Shown one piece after another: positions 28,238 to 39,699 of a DNA stretch of 64,000 nt (positions are counted from its first letter, which is position 1; each line of letters starts with the position of its first letter). The notes under the pieces are model-generated. The model did not search any database. It saw only the letters and a list, made by a program, of their open reading frames with translations, and was not told where the DNA came from. This DNA is from Eledone cirrhosa. Lineage: Eukaryota. Location: assembly GCA_964016885.1 (NCBI GenBank), contig OZ024741.1:20956001-21020000 (forward strand). Reading direction: 5' to 3'. The translations under genes were made by a program, and so were the position numbers.

Positions 28238-31200
28238 ATGGCCGTACTCAGAATAGGCAGTATAAATGCACGTGGCCTGGGGTCATCTTGGAAGCAGGGT
28301 CACCTGCTCAACGACCTCAGGTCACTAAACATAGATGTGGTGGCCATCAGTGAGACCAGAATCTCCGAAGCACAAGCCTTCGTACCGATCTTCGGCGGCT
28401 ACGATGTATACGCATCTCCCAGCCGTCCAGGATCGGGGGGAGGGGTTGCCGTCCTTTTTCGGAGAGGCTTGGATCTCGCCATACGGGCCATCTTCCTAGA
28501 CCCAGAAGGTAAGTCGGTGGTACTGGATGTGACAGGCAGCGAAGGCAATGCTTTCAGGCTAGTAGCCGTCTACGCTCCAACAGGGGCAGGGTGGCCAGAT
28601 TTCTTCAGACGTCTAGAGACCTTTCTTGGAACGTCCCGCTCTTTAGTGTTAGTGGGCGACTGGAACGGTATCTTGGATGCATGCTGGGATTGTGTGAGGC
28701 TAGTGGATAGGGGAGGAGGGTGCAAGAGCCTCACCAACCTGCTCAGACGTTTTGAACTGTCTGACAGGTATCGACTGGATCACCCGAATGTGCCAATGTG
28801 GACATGGACAAATCCATCGAGTCGTCCAGGTCGTATCTCGATAGGGTATTCTGCGGAGAACTAGATAAGACTAGTATAAGTTGTCCACAATTTAAAATAA
28901 TCGACTACACAGACAACAAATTTGTAATCTGTGAGATCGACATAGACAGATTTCATAGACAAGGGCCCTGTTACTGGAAGCTGAACGCGTCTTTCCCGGC
29001 GCGCAAAGCCTACAGAGACTGGATTAGCGTATTAGTTAAGCGGGCGTTGACGGGAGCGGTCGTCAACAACAGGTGGTGGTTCGCCCTGAAAAGGGCAATT
29101 AAGGTAGAGTCGATTAGGTTTAGCAAAGGATTAGTGATAGAGGAAAATAGAGTAGAGGGAGAGCTAGAAGAAGCGTTTAGGACTGGCATCGCAACCGACG
29201 TGCTTGCGGCGAGATTGGCACTCGACCAATTCTTCAACGCAAAACACGAAGGCTGCGTTGTCAGAGCTAGAGCGCGTGCTCTGAAACACGAGGGGACAAA
29301 AGCCGTCCAATGGGCCCGGGTGGCAGAGGCGCGACGTGGCAACAAAGCCACAATTCGGGCTTTGTCTGACCAAAACGGGTGCGTGTTGCTCGAACCCGAG
29401 CAGATGTGTGAAGCTTTTCAGCAGCACTTTGCTGAACTGTTCGGGAGCAGCGGCGGCCCGGATCGGGGCATGGACTTCAGTGCATACCTGGACGGACTGC
29501 CTCGGCTCTCGACGACCGCAGCACAGTGTTGCGAAAAGCCAATAACAGCCGGTGAAATACGGGAAGTGATGGCTAACTGCACGAGGGGTAAATCGCCAGG
29601 TTTGGATAGTCTGCCCTACGAGCTTTATGCATTTATGCCAGACTTGTTCGGTGACCTCTAGGCAGACGTCTACTGCAACTGGCAGCAGAACGGGAGCATT
29701 CCCAGTTTTCTGAGCCGGGGAGCGGTGGCGCTGCTGAGAAAAGACCCGAACAAGGGGGATGTTATCGATAATTTCAGGCCCATAACCCTGCTAAACGCAG
29801 AGTTCAAGATTTTGGCCAAGGTGTTAGCAACGAGGTTGGCGCTTGTCGTCAAGGGTCTGGTGGGAGAGGCTCAGATATGCGCCATTCCGGACAGATCCAT
29901 ACACGACAACCTCCACCTCATGCGATACATCATAGAGAGGGTGGTTAAGGAACCTGGCACGGGTGGGGCCCTGATCAACTTGGATCAATCCAAAGCATTC
30001 GATAGGGTCGACCATCGGTACCTGGCGGCGGTCCTCGAGGCAGCCGGTTTCGGGCCCGTTTCAGGGGTTGGATCGCTGCGATGTACAGCGACATCTGCTC
30101 AGTTGTGAGGGTGAACGGTCACCTGTCGCAGCCTTTCAGCATCATGCGCTCAGTCCGCCAGGGTTGTCCCCTCTGGGGCGATGAGGGGCGTCCACGCGAA
30201 CTAGGATGCGGGAAGTCCGAGTCGGCTTACGTCGACGACGTCACTTTGGTGGTGTCGAGCACCAGACACATCCAGATGCTCGGCACCGCTCTCAAGGAAT
30301 ACGAAGCGGTGACAGGAGCAAATATAAACCAGGAAAAGTCGGTAGGCTTGCAACTCGGCACCTGGAGAGGCAAGTCCATGACGTCCGACAGCGTCGTGGG
30401 GCGTTGGACGGACGGACCGGTTAAATTGCTCGGGGTCTGGTTCGGACCGGACCTCCAGATGGAGAAAAACTGGAACGAGGTGACGAACAAGGTGGCCTCC
30501 CTCACCCAGAAATGGGCCGAGAGGAAGCTGTCCCTGAAAGGCCGGGCGGAGGTGGCGAATGCGTACATCGCATCCGTCATCTGCTACCGCCTCACCGTCG
30601 TCCCTTGCTCCAGCCCAATTCTCACCAAAATGGAGCGCCTCCTCTTCCGCTTTTTGTGGAAGGGATGCGCTCCCATGGTCAGACGATCCATCTGCTGTCA
30701 ACACCCGTTGCGTGGAGGACTGGGAATGCCATGGCTGATGATGCGCAAACATGCGCTGAGGCTGCGACATCTCTGGTGCTTTCTTGACGGTGAACAGGTG
30801 TGGTCGCCGTTCGCCAGGCACGTTTTCCCACAGCTCGTCTCCTTGACGGAGCTGCAGTCCTGGGTCAGAAAAAGACCGAGGGATAGCGCTTGGAAACTGG
30901 AATGTCTCCAGGCGCTCACTGCCCTCTGCCAGCTGGGCACCAGTATCGGTGGAACATCCACCTCGGCGTTCTATAGAGGACTAGTGGAGAGGAAGAGCGA
31001 CGACGTTCTCGGAGAGATCCTGGGCGTCGAAGAAGATCAGCTGTTTGCTCTCTTCCGGAGAACTTTCAGCCCAGGGCCTATGGATAAGTTCCAAAAATCC
31101 CTGGCCTGGCAGTGCCACCGGGGAGCGCTGCCTTTCGAGATAAGCTCTACAGGCACGGAAGTGCCGCCAGCCGAGCCTGTCCGAGATGCGCGCAGAGCGA

Positions 31201-31594
31201 CAAAACCGTCGTGCACGCACTCGTTCAGTGCCCGAGCATTGCTGACTTGTGGAGCTATGTCGAACAGTTGCTGTCGCGTGTAGGACTGATCCGGTTATCG
31301 ACTGAGTCCATTGTGCAGATGGTCTCGCCGTCTTCCTTCGAGGAGGAAGGGCAGGCGGTTTTCATCTGCCTGGGGGTCATGGCGAAAGAGATTGTGTGGT
31401 GGACAAGGTTGAAAGGGTTAAAGACAGACACTTTCCTCTTCGGCGAATCCCTAATTAACTTTTTCAAGTTTCACTTGAAGAGGAAAATCAGGGTGGAGAG
31501 GCAAGTGCTGCCTTCTAGCAAGTTTGTTGAAAGGTGGGTGAATGTAGCGAGAATGGTCCGAGTGAACGGGACCACTCTGAATATACGTCTGTAG
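28238..31594 (+). pseudogene. Tx1 copy A ORF2 (AP endonuclease + reverse transcriptase + Cys-rich domain), disrupted
   Basis: SINARGL, SETR, GDWNG, SYLDR (APE). KSPGLD, FRPITLLN, DQSKAFDRVDH, VRQGCPL, YVDD (RT). CPRC...HALVQC. Contains frameshifts, a stop at ~29661 and a small deletion near 30175. Confidence 0.93.
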
Positions 31595-31882
31595 TTTGAG
31601 AGATGGAAAAATTGAGGGCGCTTGCTCTGGTGGTCAAGGTGGCCGTGGTCTTTTGGAGGTTTCCCCCCTATTGGGGAATTTTTCATTGTTTCAATTTTCA
31701 TTTTTATTGTTTATATATATGTTTCGATGTCTTTTTTTTTTTCTTTTCTTATATAAATAATAAAAATATTTACACGCACAAAACCCACATCGTACCGCCC
31801 TGTACCGACCTGTGCCGTCTGTAATGTTTTTCTTGATGTCAGCCCTTGTGGCCAATAAAGAAATCATTATTATTATTATTAT

Positions 31883-33140
31883 TGCTCTTTGAGTCTCAGT
31901 CATTGATGTTAGTTAACTGGAAAGTTTGTTGAAATGAATATCAAGCCACTACCTGCAGCCTCAGATATTCAGGACGTATCGGAGGGTTCTTGCTGTTCCC
32001 AGCAAGCATGCCTTTTGAAGTGTTCCAAAAATCGGGGCGGGACCAATTTTCTTTAACCAATCCTGGAAACTCCTTGAGTTCCAAATCCTTTTTACCTCCC
32101 ACTTTAAGTCCTGGTATCGGTTAATTTTCTCCCTCTCCTTCTCTTGCACTCTCGTGTCGAATGGGCAGGTCACATCCACAATCAGGCACGATCTTTTTTC
32201 TTTGTCCCAAACCACCAGGTCAGGTCTATTGTGTTCCAGTTTCTTGTCCGTCTGTATCCTAAAATCCCACAGCACCTTCACCTGACTGTTCTCCATCACC
32301 GCCTCTGGCTTATGCTCATACCACTTCTCAGAATGTGGTAAATTGTTTACTTTGCATAGGTGCCAGTGGATCACCTTGCCCATCACATCATGTCTCCAGC
32401 CCTTATAGTGGGTCTGGGCTAGGTGTTTACACTCGGATACAATGTGAACCACAGTCTCCTCTCTCTCTCCACAGATCCTGCACAGTGGGCTAGCCTCCTC
32501 CTTGTAAATATGGTGTTTCAGCCACTTCGTTTTGAGGGCCTGCTCTTGCGCAGCCATTAGCATTCCTTCTGTAGCCTTTTTAAGGTCTCCACTTTTCAAC
32601 CAGTTCCATGTCTGTGGATCTCTGAATTCCGTTTTCTCAAAGAAGGTACTTATAAGGGATTTTCATGAAGGCTGCTCTTTCTCCTTGTTGTTATTTCCTC
32701 CTTGGACATCCCCTGGTCTATTGTCCTCTCGTTCAGTACAATTCTGAGCATTGGCTCCTTACTATCGGTCACGTATTTGTGTAGATTGTTTTTCTCCATC
32801 TGAACACAGTCCTCTATGCTGATAAGACCTCTTCCACCTTCAGATCTCCTTAAGTAGAGTCTATCGACATCACTCCTCTTGTGGAACATGTTGTAGATAG
32901 TCAATAGCTTCCTAGTCTTCCTATCCATTTCTTTTTGTTCAGCAACATTCCATCTCAGAATTTCCGCACTGTACCTAATAATAGACACAGCTCGGAAATG
33001 TACTGCACTTATAGCATTCCTACTTTTCAGATGTGACTTTAACACGTTCCTCATTCTCCGAATGTATTCAGATCTTATCAATTCCTTCATTTTTTGTTCT
33101 TGATGTCATCAGCCTCCAGAACACCCAAATACTTGTATCC
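31883..33140 (-). mobile_element. 5'-truncated Dong/R4-clade non-LTR retrotransposon (RT thumb, CCHC, restriction-like endonuclease) in (TAA)n
   Basis: ORFs 32650-33090 (DVDRLYLRRSEGGRGLISIEDC) and 31961-32599 (CRICGEREETVVHIVSEC, RHD, WDFRIQTD, RPDLVV, IVDVTCP). Both ends abut (TAA)n, the known Dong target. Confidence 0.9.
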
Positions 33141-33176
<36 letters not shown>

Positions 33177-33180
33177 GGCA

Positions 33181-33362
33181 GGTGGATTGGCAGTATCGGT
33201 GGAGGGTCGGACGTCATGCTTTCCAGCATAGTTACGTCCCTTTACGATCTGAGTTCAAATCTAGCCGAGGTTAACTTTGCCTTTCATCCTTACGGGGTCG
33301 ATAAAAATAAAGTACCAGTAATGCACTGGGTAATTGCTGGCCTTGTGCCTAAAGTAGAAACA

Positions 33363-33417
<55 letters not shown>
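33181..33417 (+). mobile_element. tRNA-derived SINE (same family as 25371) with a long (ATT)n tail
   Basis: Near-identical to 25371-25555. Preceded by (ATT)n at 33142-33177 and followed by (ATT)n to 33417. Confidence 0.9.
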
Positions 33418-33421
<4 letters not shown>

Positions 33422-33424
33422 AAA

Positions 33425-33628
<204 letters not shown>

Positions 33629-33659
33629 GATTTACTTGCATGAGTTGAGTTCAAACTTA

Positions 33660-33963
33660 AAAGAAAAATAAAAAAAATGTTCTGAACATAAAACGTCTCG
33701 GTTGACAAAGGGTGTCTCGAGTAACAAACGCACAAGCTAACAACAACGGTTAGCAACAAGCTTGGACTATCGGCGGGAAAGCACCACTTGCTGTGTAGTT
33801 AGTTATTATGGTGATATCTTTCACACACAGTCCTCAATTTCACTATATTTCTCTCTCGATATTTCGTATGGAAAAAAAAAGAAAAAGTTTTGGCTTACGA
33901 ACATTTCGGGTGACGAACGGCTGTCAGGAACGAATTAAGTTCGTGAACCGACGTTACACTGTA
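33660..33963. mobile_element. Possible decayed Tigger/pogo-like non-autonomous DNA transposon end
   Basis: Ends in GGAACGAATTAAGTTCGTGAACCGACGTTACACTGTA, reminiscent of Tigger-type termini (recalled). No matching left terminus was found. Confidence 0.35.
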
Positions 33964-34840
33964 TCAGATGTAATTATACCTACGTGTTTCTTTTAGTTAG
34001 TTAGTTTGTTTGTTTGTTTGTTTGTTTGTTGTATTTGTTGTTTTTTCTTTGTTCTTTTGATCGGTTCTGATGAATCCTGTTGACTTATTTCCATGATGTC
34101 GGAAGATGGAAGGAAGGCGGTGGTAATAGCGAAAGAGAAGTTATGTAGAATGAGATTAATAAAGCGCTCACGCACACACTCAGCAATTACTTAGCACATA
34201 CACTTGCTTCTACATACTTCTACAGAGCGTGTATGGTGCAGGTACACACTCATCAATTACAGTAGAATAACATAACAAATACGTTTTAAATATATACATA
34301 AATAACATTATAAATTGCTCGCGATTCTTTCAGAAAGAAGATTTTGGTTTAAATATCCTGTTATACAGAGAGAGAGAGGTAGTGAAGGGAATTCATGAAA
34401 AGCTAGATTAAATATATAGGTTAATTTGCCTTACCGTATTAATTTGTCCCATCACATATTTTAAAATTGAAATTTCGTCCATCCGCGTGTAGATTTAACC
34501 TTTAAGCCGCCATGGGTCGAAATATAAAAATAGGCAGTGAATTGACTCAACTGTTAGAACGATAGAATGTTTTGTGGTATTTGTACTGGTTCTCTGGACC
34601 CTCTGATTTCAAATCTCGCTTAAATCAATTTTGCCTATCGTCCTTTCAAGACAACAATGATAAACGTACATTCCACTTGACCTCTGATCCCAGCTTCTTG
34701 AGAGACGATATCCACATGGCTGATCATAAATCAATCTCATATACACATCCTTCTAACTATAGCACTATTATAAATACAAGGTGTTAAGGAATCTAAGGGC
34801 CAGAGAGAGCGAAGCAAGCAGTCCGTGTTAAGGTTAACAA

Positions 34841-35247
34841 TGTAGCAGACCTTTCACTCTATCTCTCTCCCTTGGCCTTACTGGTTCTCACCTTCTCGGC
34901 CACAGACACAGCCAGACAGCCGGCCATGCCTGCCTGACAGATTGACCACTACTACTACGACAATAATGTATTCTAAGAATAGACACACACACACACACAC
35001 ACACATAGTAAGTTTAATTTGTTTAGTGCTATGCCCCCACCTATTCTTTTGTCTTCCAGTCATATTCCAGCAGCAGCAGCCAGTAATTAATGTAAGGGAA
35101 AGTCATGTCATAAATATTATTACACGATGTTCAAAGTGAATATTGTTGTTATAAAATAAACGTTGTTAACAACTCAACCATGGCATTATTCTTCTCATCA
35201 AAACACACTCTGAATAACATCTTATTCACTACAACTGGTGACCCCGA
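34841..35247 (+). mobile_element. Putative gypsy-type 5' LTR followed by a tRNA-Trp primer-binding site
   Basis: TGTAG (34841)...CTACA (35233) inverted termini, AATAAA at ~35155, then AC and TGGTGACCCCGA, complementary to the tRNA-Trp 3' end (UCGGGGUCACCA). The left boundary is less certain. Confidence 0.6.
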
Positions 35248-35500
35248 GAAACGAACACACAGCCTTCTCACTATCCACTACAACTGGTGACCCCGAGAAA
35301 CGAACACACAGCCTTCTCACTATTCACTACAACTGGTGACCCTGAGAAACGAACACACAGCCTTATCACTATCCACTACAACTGGTGACCCCGAGAAACG
35401 AACACACAGCCTTCTCACTATCCACTACAACTGGTGACCCCGAGAAACGAACACACAGCCTTATCACTATCCACTACAACTGGTGACCTGACCCCGAGAA
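35221..35500 (+). repeat. 49-bp minisatellite (~5.5 copies) built from LTR end + PBS + leader
   Basis: Unit CACTACAACTGGTGACCCCGAGAAACGAACACACAGCCTT(C/A)TCACTAT(C/T). First two starts at 35227 and 35276. Confidence 0.95.
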
Positions 35501-35514
35501 GCTATCTGCTACAA

Positions 35515-36050
35515 GTGTTTATTTTCAATATAGAAATAATAAAAAGAAAGAGGAAACAAAAGAAAAGAAAGAATAGAAAAATACAGAAAAAAAAGAGGAG
35601 GGAAAGAAAAAGATCGGGAAGGGGAAGGGATGACAAAAGCTCTGGTGTCACAGAAGAGAGGGGAGGAGTGAAGGGGAGGGTGTTTGGGCTTTGGACCTAG
35701 GGCAAGAGGGCAGAAGTGCTGCGCCCCGCTGACAAGACGGTAAAAGCATTCCCCCGGACGATGGTCAGTGACACCCGCTGCAAAAGCCACCCAAACTCGT
35801 GGGTCTCACTCCCCAGACGGGCCGCCGACGTTCCGATATTATGGAGGAGCTCAGCATTTATGTGGCTCACACACGTGGAGGCCAAGGTGTTGGGCTACTC
35901 CGATACGAGTGCACTCATCATCAAGAAGGGTTCCGGTTGATGAGGAGGACACCGAATAGAGCCACGCGCCGCTGTTGGGCTGAGAACCGGAGCGGAGGCA
36001 GGCGAGGCGGTTTTGGTCCAAGCCAGACACAATCCGCCTGACTGAGGACT
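35515..36050 (-). pseudogene. 3' fragment of a CRE-clade (RLE-type) non-LTR retrotransposon with internal deletion
   Basis: PNSGAWL...LLDDECTRIGVAQHLGLHVCEPHKC is joined to FGWLLQRVSLTIVRGNA, both typical CRE C-terminal motifs. The PD..D nuclease core is missing. The 3'UTR has AATAAA near 35520. Confidence 0.7.
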
Positions 36051-36300
36051 TGCAAATATATAAGATTAAACAAAACGACAATCAATTCACCACCAAATGT
36101 GTCACACACAACCACCTTAGTACTCACCTACGACCTCGGAGCCCCATAACTTAGATAACATTCTCTGGTGGAAAGACTAACGGACCCACTTGTACGCAGG
36201 GAGAAGAATAGATAAATTTACCTTTGGAAGATTAGTCTGTTTTCGACTCAACAAAAGACAGTCTGCTTCCCGGCAACAGAGAGATTGTTTTCACTCAGCT

Positions 36301-36407
36301 TGTAATGTAGTGACATATACACTATACACTGTCACTAGCCAGCCTTGGTGAGGTTGACACTAGTTGAGGGGGTAATGTAGTGACATATACACTACACTCT
36401 CACTAGC
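36301..36407 (+). mobile_element. PPT + start of a gypsy-type LTR, locally duplicated and truncated
   Basis: GAGGGGGTAA followed by TGTAGTGACATATACACTA at 36376. A duplicate of the LTR start is at 36306. Confidence 0.5.
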
Positions 36408-36869
36408 AATAATCTAGCGTTAAAAAATATGTTGCCACGAAGAAAGCTATAAAAAAATCGAGGAAGATATTTACGATTCCGCAAATATGCGGTGGTTTCC
36501 ACGCAAATAACCAGGACCGCGAATAACCAGGATCGCGAATGTATATATCATATATACATATGTATGTGTGTGTAGGAAAGAAAGAAAAGAAAAGAGATAA
36601 GGAGAGGGAGAGCGAGAGAGAGTGTGTAAAATGGAGAGGCTGAAAATGAGGTAGAGAGAGAAATTAGTAGAAGTTATGGTAGATATTTGTTAGAGCAACT
36701 AGAAAGTTGAAGGAGTGGAAGAATGTTGGCCAAAATATTCAAGATATTTGGGATGTTGTTGGGGAAAAATTAACTGTTTTTAGGTTTGGCTATTTTGGAA
36801 GTGTCTGTACCACCACCATCACCACCACCACGATGTCAAGGTTGTTTGCAGCAATAATGCATAAGGTGC

Positions 36870-36900
<31 letters not shown>

Positions 36901-36905
<5 letters not shown>

Positions 36906-37233
36906 GAAATACGTCCCTTCACGCACAAGGCGCCAAGGTACGCATGTATTGTCCAACCAAGTGCCAATGTGGTTCAATGGCGGGTTAATAAATTAACGAG
37001 CATGGTTCTCCGTTTTATTTTTGGGATTCGAAACCGATCGGTAAAGGTAACTATAGTAGGTAAAGTCAATTTTTTTAAAATTTATTTTGAAACTTTTTCA
37101 TTATTTACTAAACCTTGTTTATATTTGTTCTGGCTCGTTAATTTATTAACCCGCCATTGAACCACATTGGCACTTGGTTGGACAATACATGCGTACCTTG
37201 GCGCCTTGTGCGTGAAGGGACGTATTTCATATT
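36901..37233. repeat. Perfect ~101-bp inverted repeat whose spacer is a copy of 37487-37605
   Basis: 36901-37001 is the reverse complement of 37133-37233. The spacer 37002-37123 repeats at 37487-37605. The block 36901-37605 sits between (TA)n tracts. Confidence 0.93.
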
Positions 37234-37448
37234 ACTACTACCTCCACTAACGTTGAGAACAAACCGGGTCATTCCGACTGCTGCTGGCAACAGCGGTGGC
37301 TAGTTTGACCTACCTCCTTTTGCCTATATCTTTGCTACGGCCCTTGATAAACCTGTTCTACATCATCCACTCTCATCCCAGGAACAGTTTTTGATAGCGC
37401 TAGTTTGTGATTTAAATTCAGGAATTTTATATTCTTTGAATGAAAAGA

Positions 37449-37532
37449 ACCTTCTGACGAGAATCTCTCTTTGCAACGAAGGCCGTATGGTCTCCGTTTT
37501 ATTTTTGGGATTCGAAACCGATCGGTAAAGGT
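37449..37532 (+). ncRNA. Type I hammerhead ribozyme with extended stem II
   Basis: Stem I ACCTT/AAGGT, core CTGACGA, stem II GAATCTC/GGGATTC, GAAA, palindromic stem III ACCGATCGGT, GUA cleavage triplet. Confidence 0.88.
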
Positions 37533-37599
37533 AACTATAGTAGGTAAAGTCAATTTTTTAAAATTTATTTTGAAACTTTTTCATTATTTACTAAACCTT

Positions 37600-37699
<100 letters not shown>

Positions 37700-37804
37700 A
37701 ATGTGGAGAGGAAGCACACGAGTTAGGATATACATATATATATATGAAAACAGGGAGAAAGAGACGATTATTAGGAAGAAAAATTTTTTTTTTTCCAATT
37801 CACA

Positions 37805-38779
37805 ATGGATTACAGCCATGAACAACTCCCTTTCCTCGACATCCTCATCAAGAAAACAAACAACAAAATAGAAACAGACATATACTACAAACCTACAGAC
37901 TCCAAACAATACCTTCCATTCAACTCGTGCCACCCTAGACACACCAAAATGGCAATTCCTTATAACCTAGCCAGAAGGATCTGCACAATAGTTTCAGATA
38001 AATACACATGCTACACACGACTAGAAGAATTAAAAAACACACTTATCAGCAGAAACTACCCACCATCCCTAATCACCAATGGATTCTAACGTGCCCTAAA
38101 ACTAGACATCCAGGAACTCAGACACCCCAAACCCAGGAATGAACCGCAACAGAAAACTCTACCATACATCTCCACACACAACCCCCTCAACAATGAGGCA
38201 TTCGACACCATCCTCCAGAATATTCCTTTACTAAAAGGAGACCCAAGAATGAACAAAATCCTCCAAACACACATCATAAAGAGCAAAAGACAACCTAAAT
38301 CCATAAAAAACATCCACACACAAGCCAAAATCCAACAGACCCTCACAATGAACCCTACAGTAACAAAATGCGGAAGGCCCAACTGTGGCATATGCATAAA
38401 TCTAATAGAAGGTTCAACATTCCATTTTAAACAAGGACAGCGTTTCACAGTTAAACACAACTTTACATGTGCATCTGAAAACCTAATCTATGTTTTGACC
38501 TGCTCAGGTTGTCAAGAGCACTACATAGGACAGACAAAAAACAGCCTCCGTCAACGCATGACCGTCCATAAATCACAAATTAAAATACAGGAATACAGAA
38601 AGATTGCATTTAGTGAACATATCGCCAATTGTGCTCACAACCAACATCCCAACTTTAACATTTTCCCCATTTACAAATTCATAGACAACGCTACTTTCAT
38701 CCAACGTACCAATAATGAAACATATTTCATTAACAAATTCCAACCCCTACTTAATGCTCTAAAAATCGGACTAATCTAA
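37805..38779 (+). pseudogene. Penelope-like RT C-terminus + GIY-YIG endonuclease
   Basis: ORFs 37805-38089 and 38249-38779 are in the same frame, separated by one stop at 38087-38089. Confidence 0.9.
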
Positions 38780-39177
38780 AACTGCAACAAACAATCAAAC
38801 ATTTACAAGAGTTACCTCCCTCACACCCTACCTAATCCTTTTTCTTAAATAAATTAAATATCATCCAGCAAGAATTGCTTCCCCCTGCATATTAACTCTC
38901 TAAAAAGAGAAATCATATCAAACCTCAGTCCACGATTTTCCTCCATCATGGAATCATGGATCAACTAACCACTCTTGCTATATTAACACATTTTGATCTG
39001 CTTAACTTCAAGAACTATGCCTGTAAATAACATTATTTTTTCTTCCACATTGACTTTTCATGCACGTTTTTTTTCCTTTTTCTTTTTTCTTTTCACTTCA
39101 TAAACCTTGTTTGTAAATAACATTATTCTTTCTGCACCTTCTGTTTAACATGTGCGACACCACACTAATACATTTCA

Positions 39178-39219
39178 CTATCATTTGATAATGCATAAAA
39201 ATGCTGAAACCGGTAATAG
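39178..39219 (+). ncRNA. Minimal hammerhead ribozyme, U3-A8 core variant, in the PLE 3' region
   Basis: TTGATAA-TGCATAAAAATGCT-GAAA-CCGG-TA. Palindromic stem III ACCGGT. Stem I is weak (CTATCAT/ATAG). Confidence 0.6.
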
Positions 39220-39644
39220 ACAATTATTAAATATATAAATAGATAAATAAATGCCATTGTTAAATAATGAATAAATCAACTAATACCTTAACACTTCACA
39301 CAAAGTAAAACATTTCGTTTTAATCATTTTATAACCCAGAAAAAAGAGAGAGAGAGAAACAAAAAGGAAAAAAATATATTTTTCCTCCTAATAATCGTCT
39401 CTTTCTCCCTGTTTTCATATATATATATATATATAGTAATAATAATAAATTAGAAGACTAAAATCCAATATTCACTTCGGCGTTTACAGATTGACTTTGT
39501 CAGTTTCAGAAGATCCCGTTAAGGGTGAAAGCAGCGATTCTTTGCTTAAACTTTAATCTGTTATTTCAATAAATATATATATATATATATATATAAAATA
39601 AAGTTAAATAAAAGTCAAATGATTAAAATTTAGCTTCATTTATT

Positions 39645-39699
39645 ACTGCTATATATATTTCAGTGACAGCCATCTTTGGCTGTGACCTCTTCAGGCAGT
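39645..39699 (-). ncRNA. Hammerhead ribozyme in the 3' pseudo-LTR
   Basis: Minus strand reads ACTGC-CTGAAGA-GGTCACAGCCAAAGATGGCTGTCACT-GAAA-TATATATA-GCAGT. Confidence 0.85.

Larger units (their letters stand above)
25974..31865 (+). mobile_element. Tx1-clade (L1-like) non-LTR retrotransposon, copy A, full length but decayed, inserted in (ATT)n
   Basis: 5'UTR, ORF1 with a CCHC knuckle, and ORF2 with APE-RT-Cys domains. Ends in GTGGCCAATAAAGAAATC. (ATT)n(GTT)n lies on the left (25940-25973) and (ATT)n on the right (31866-31882). Confidence 0.92.
37733..39425 (+). mobile_element. 5'-truncated Penelope-like element (Neptune-type) in (TA)n with an inverted terminal segment
   Basis: RT thumb LPFLDILI...YYKPTDSKQYLPFNSCHP, linker CGRPNCGIC, GIY-YIG NLIYVLTCSGCQEHYIGQT...RQRMTVH. 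37733-37796 is an inverted copy of 39365-39425. Confidence 0.9.

Noticed and set aside
25660-33140. A single Dong element split by Tx1 copy A
   Set aside because: On the minus strand the C-terminal part with its own 3' end precedes the N-terminal fragment, so they are two separate insertions.
34066-34140. CTGATGA motif
   Set aside because: No stem II closed by GAAA and no stem I.
35221-35500. CRISPR-like short array
   Set aside because: Units are contiguous near-identical 49-mers without spacers and are explained by an LTR/PBS junction.
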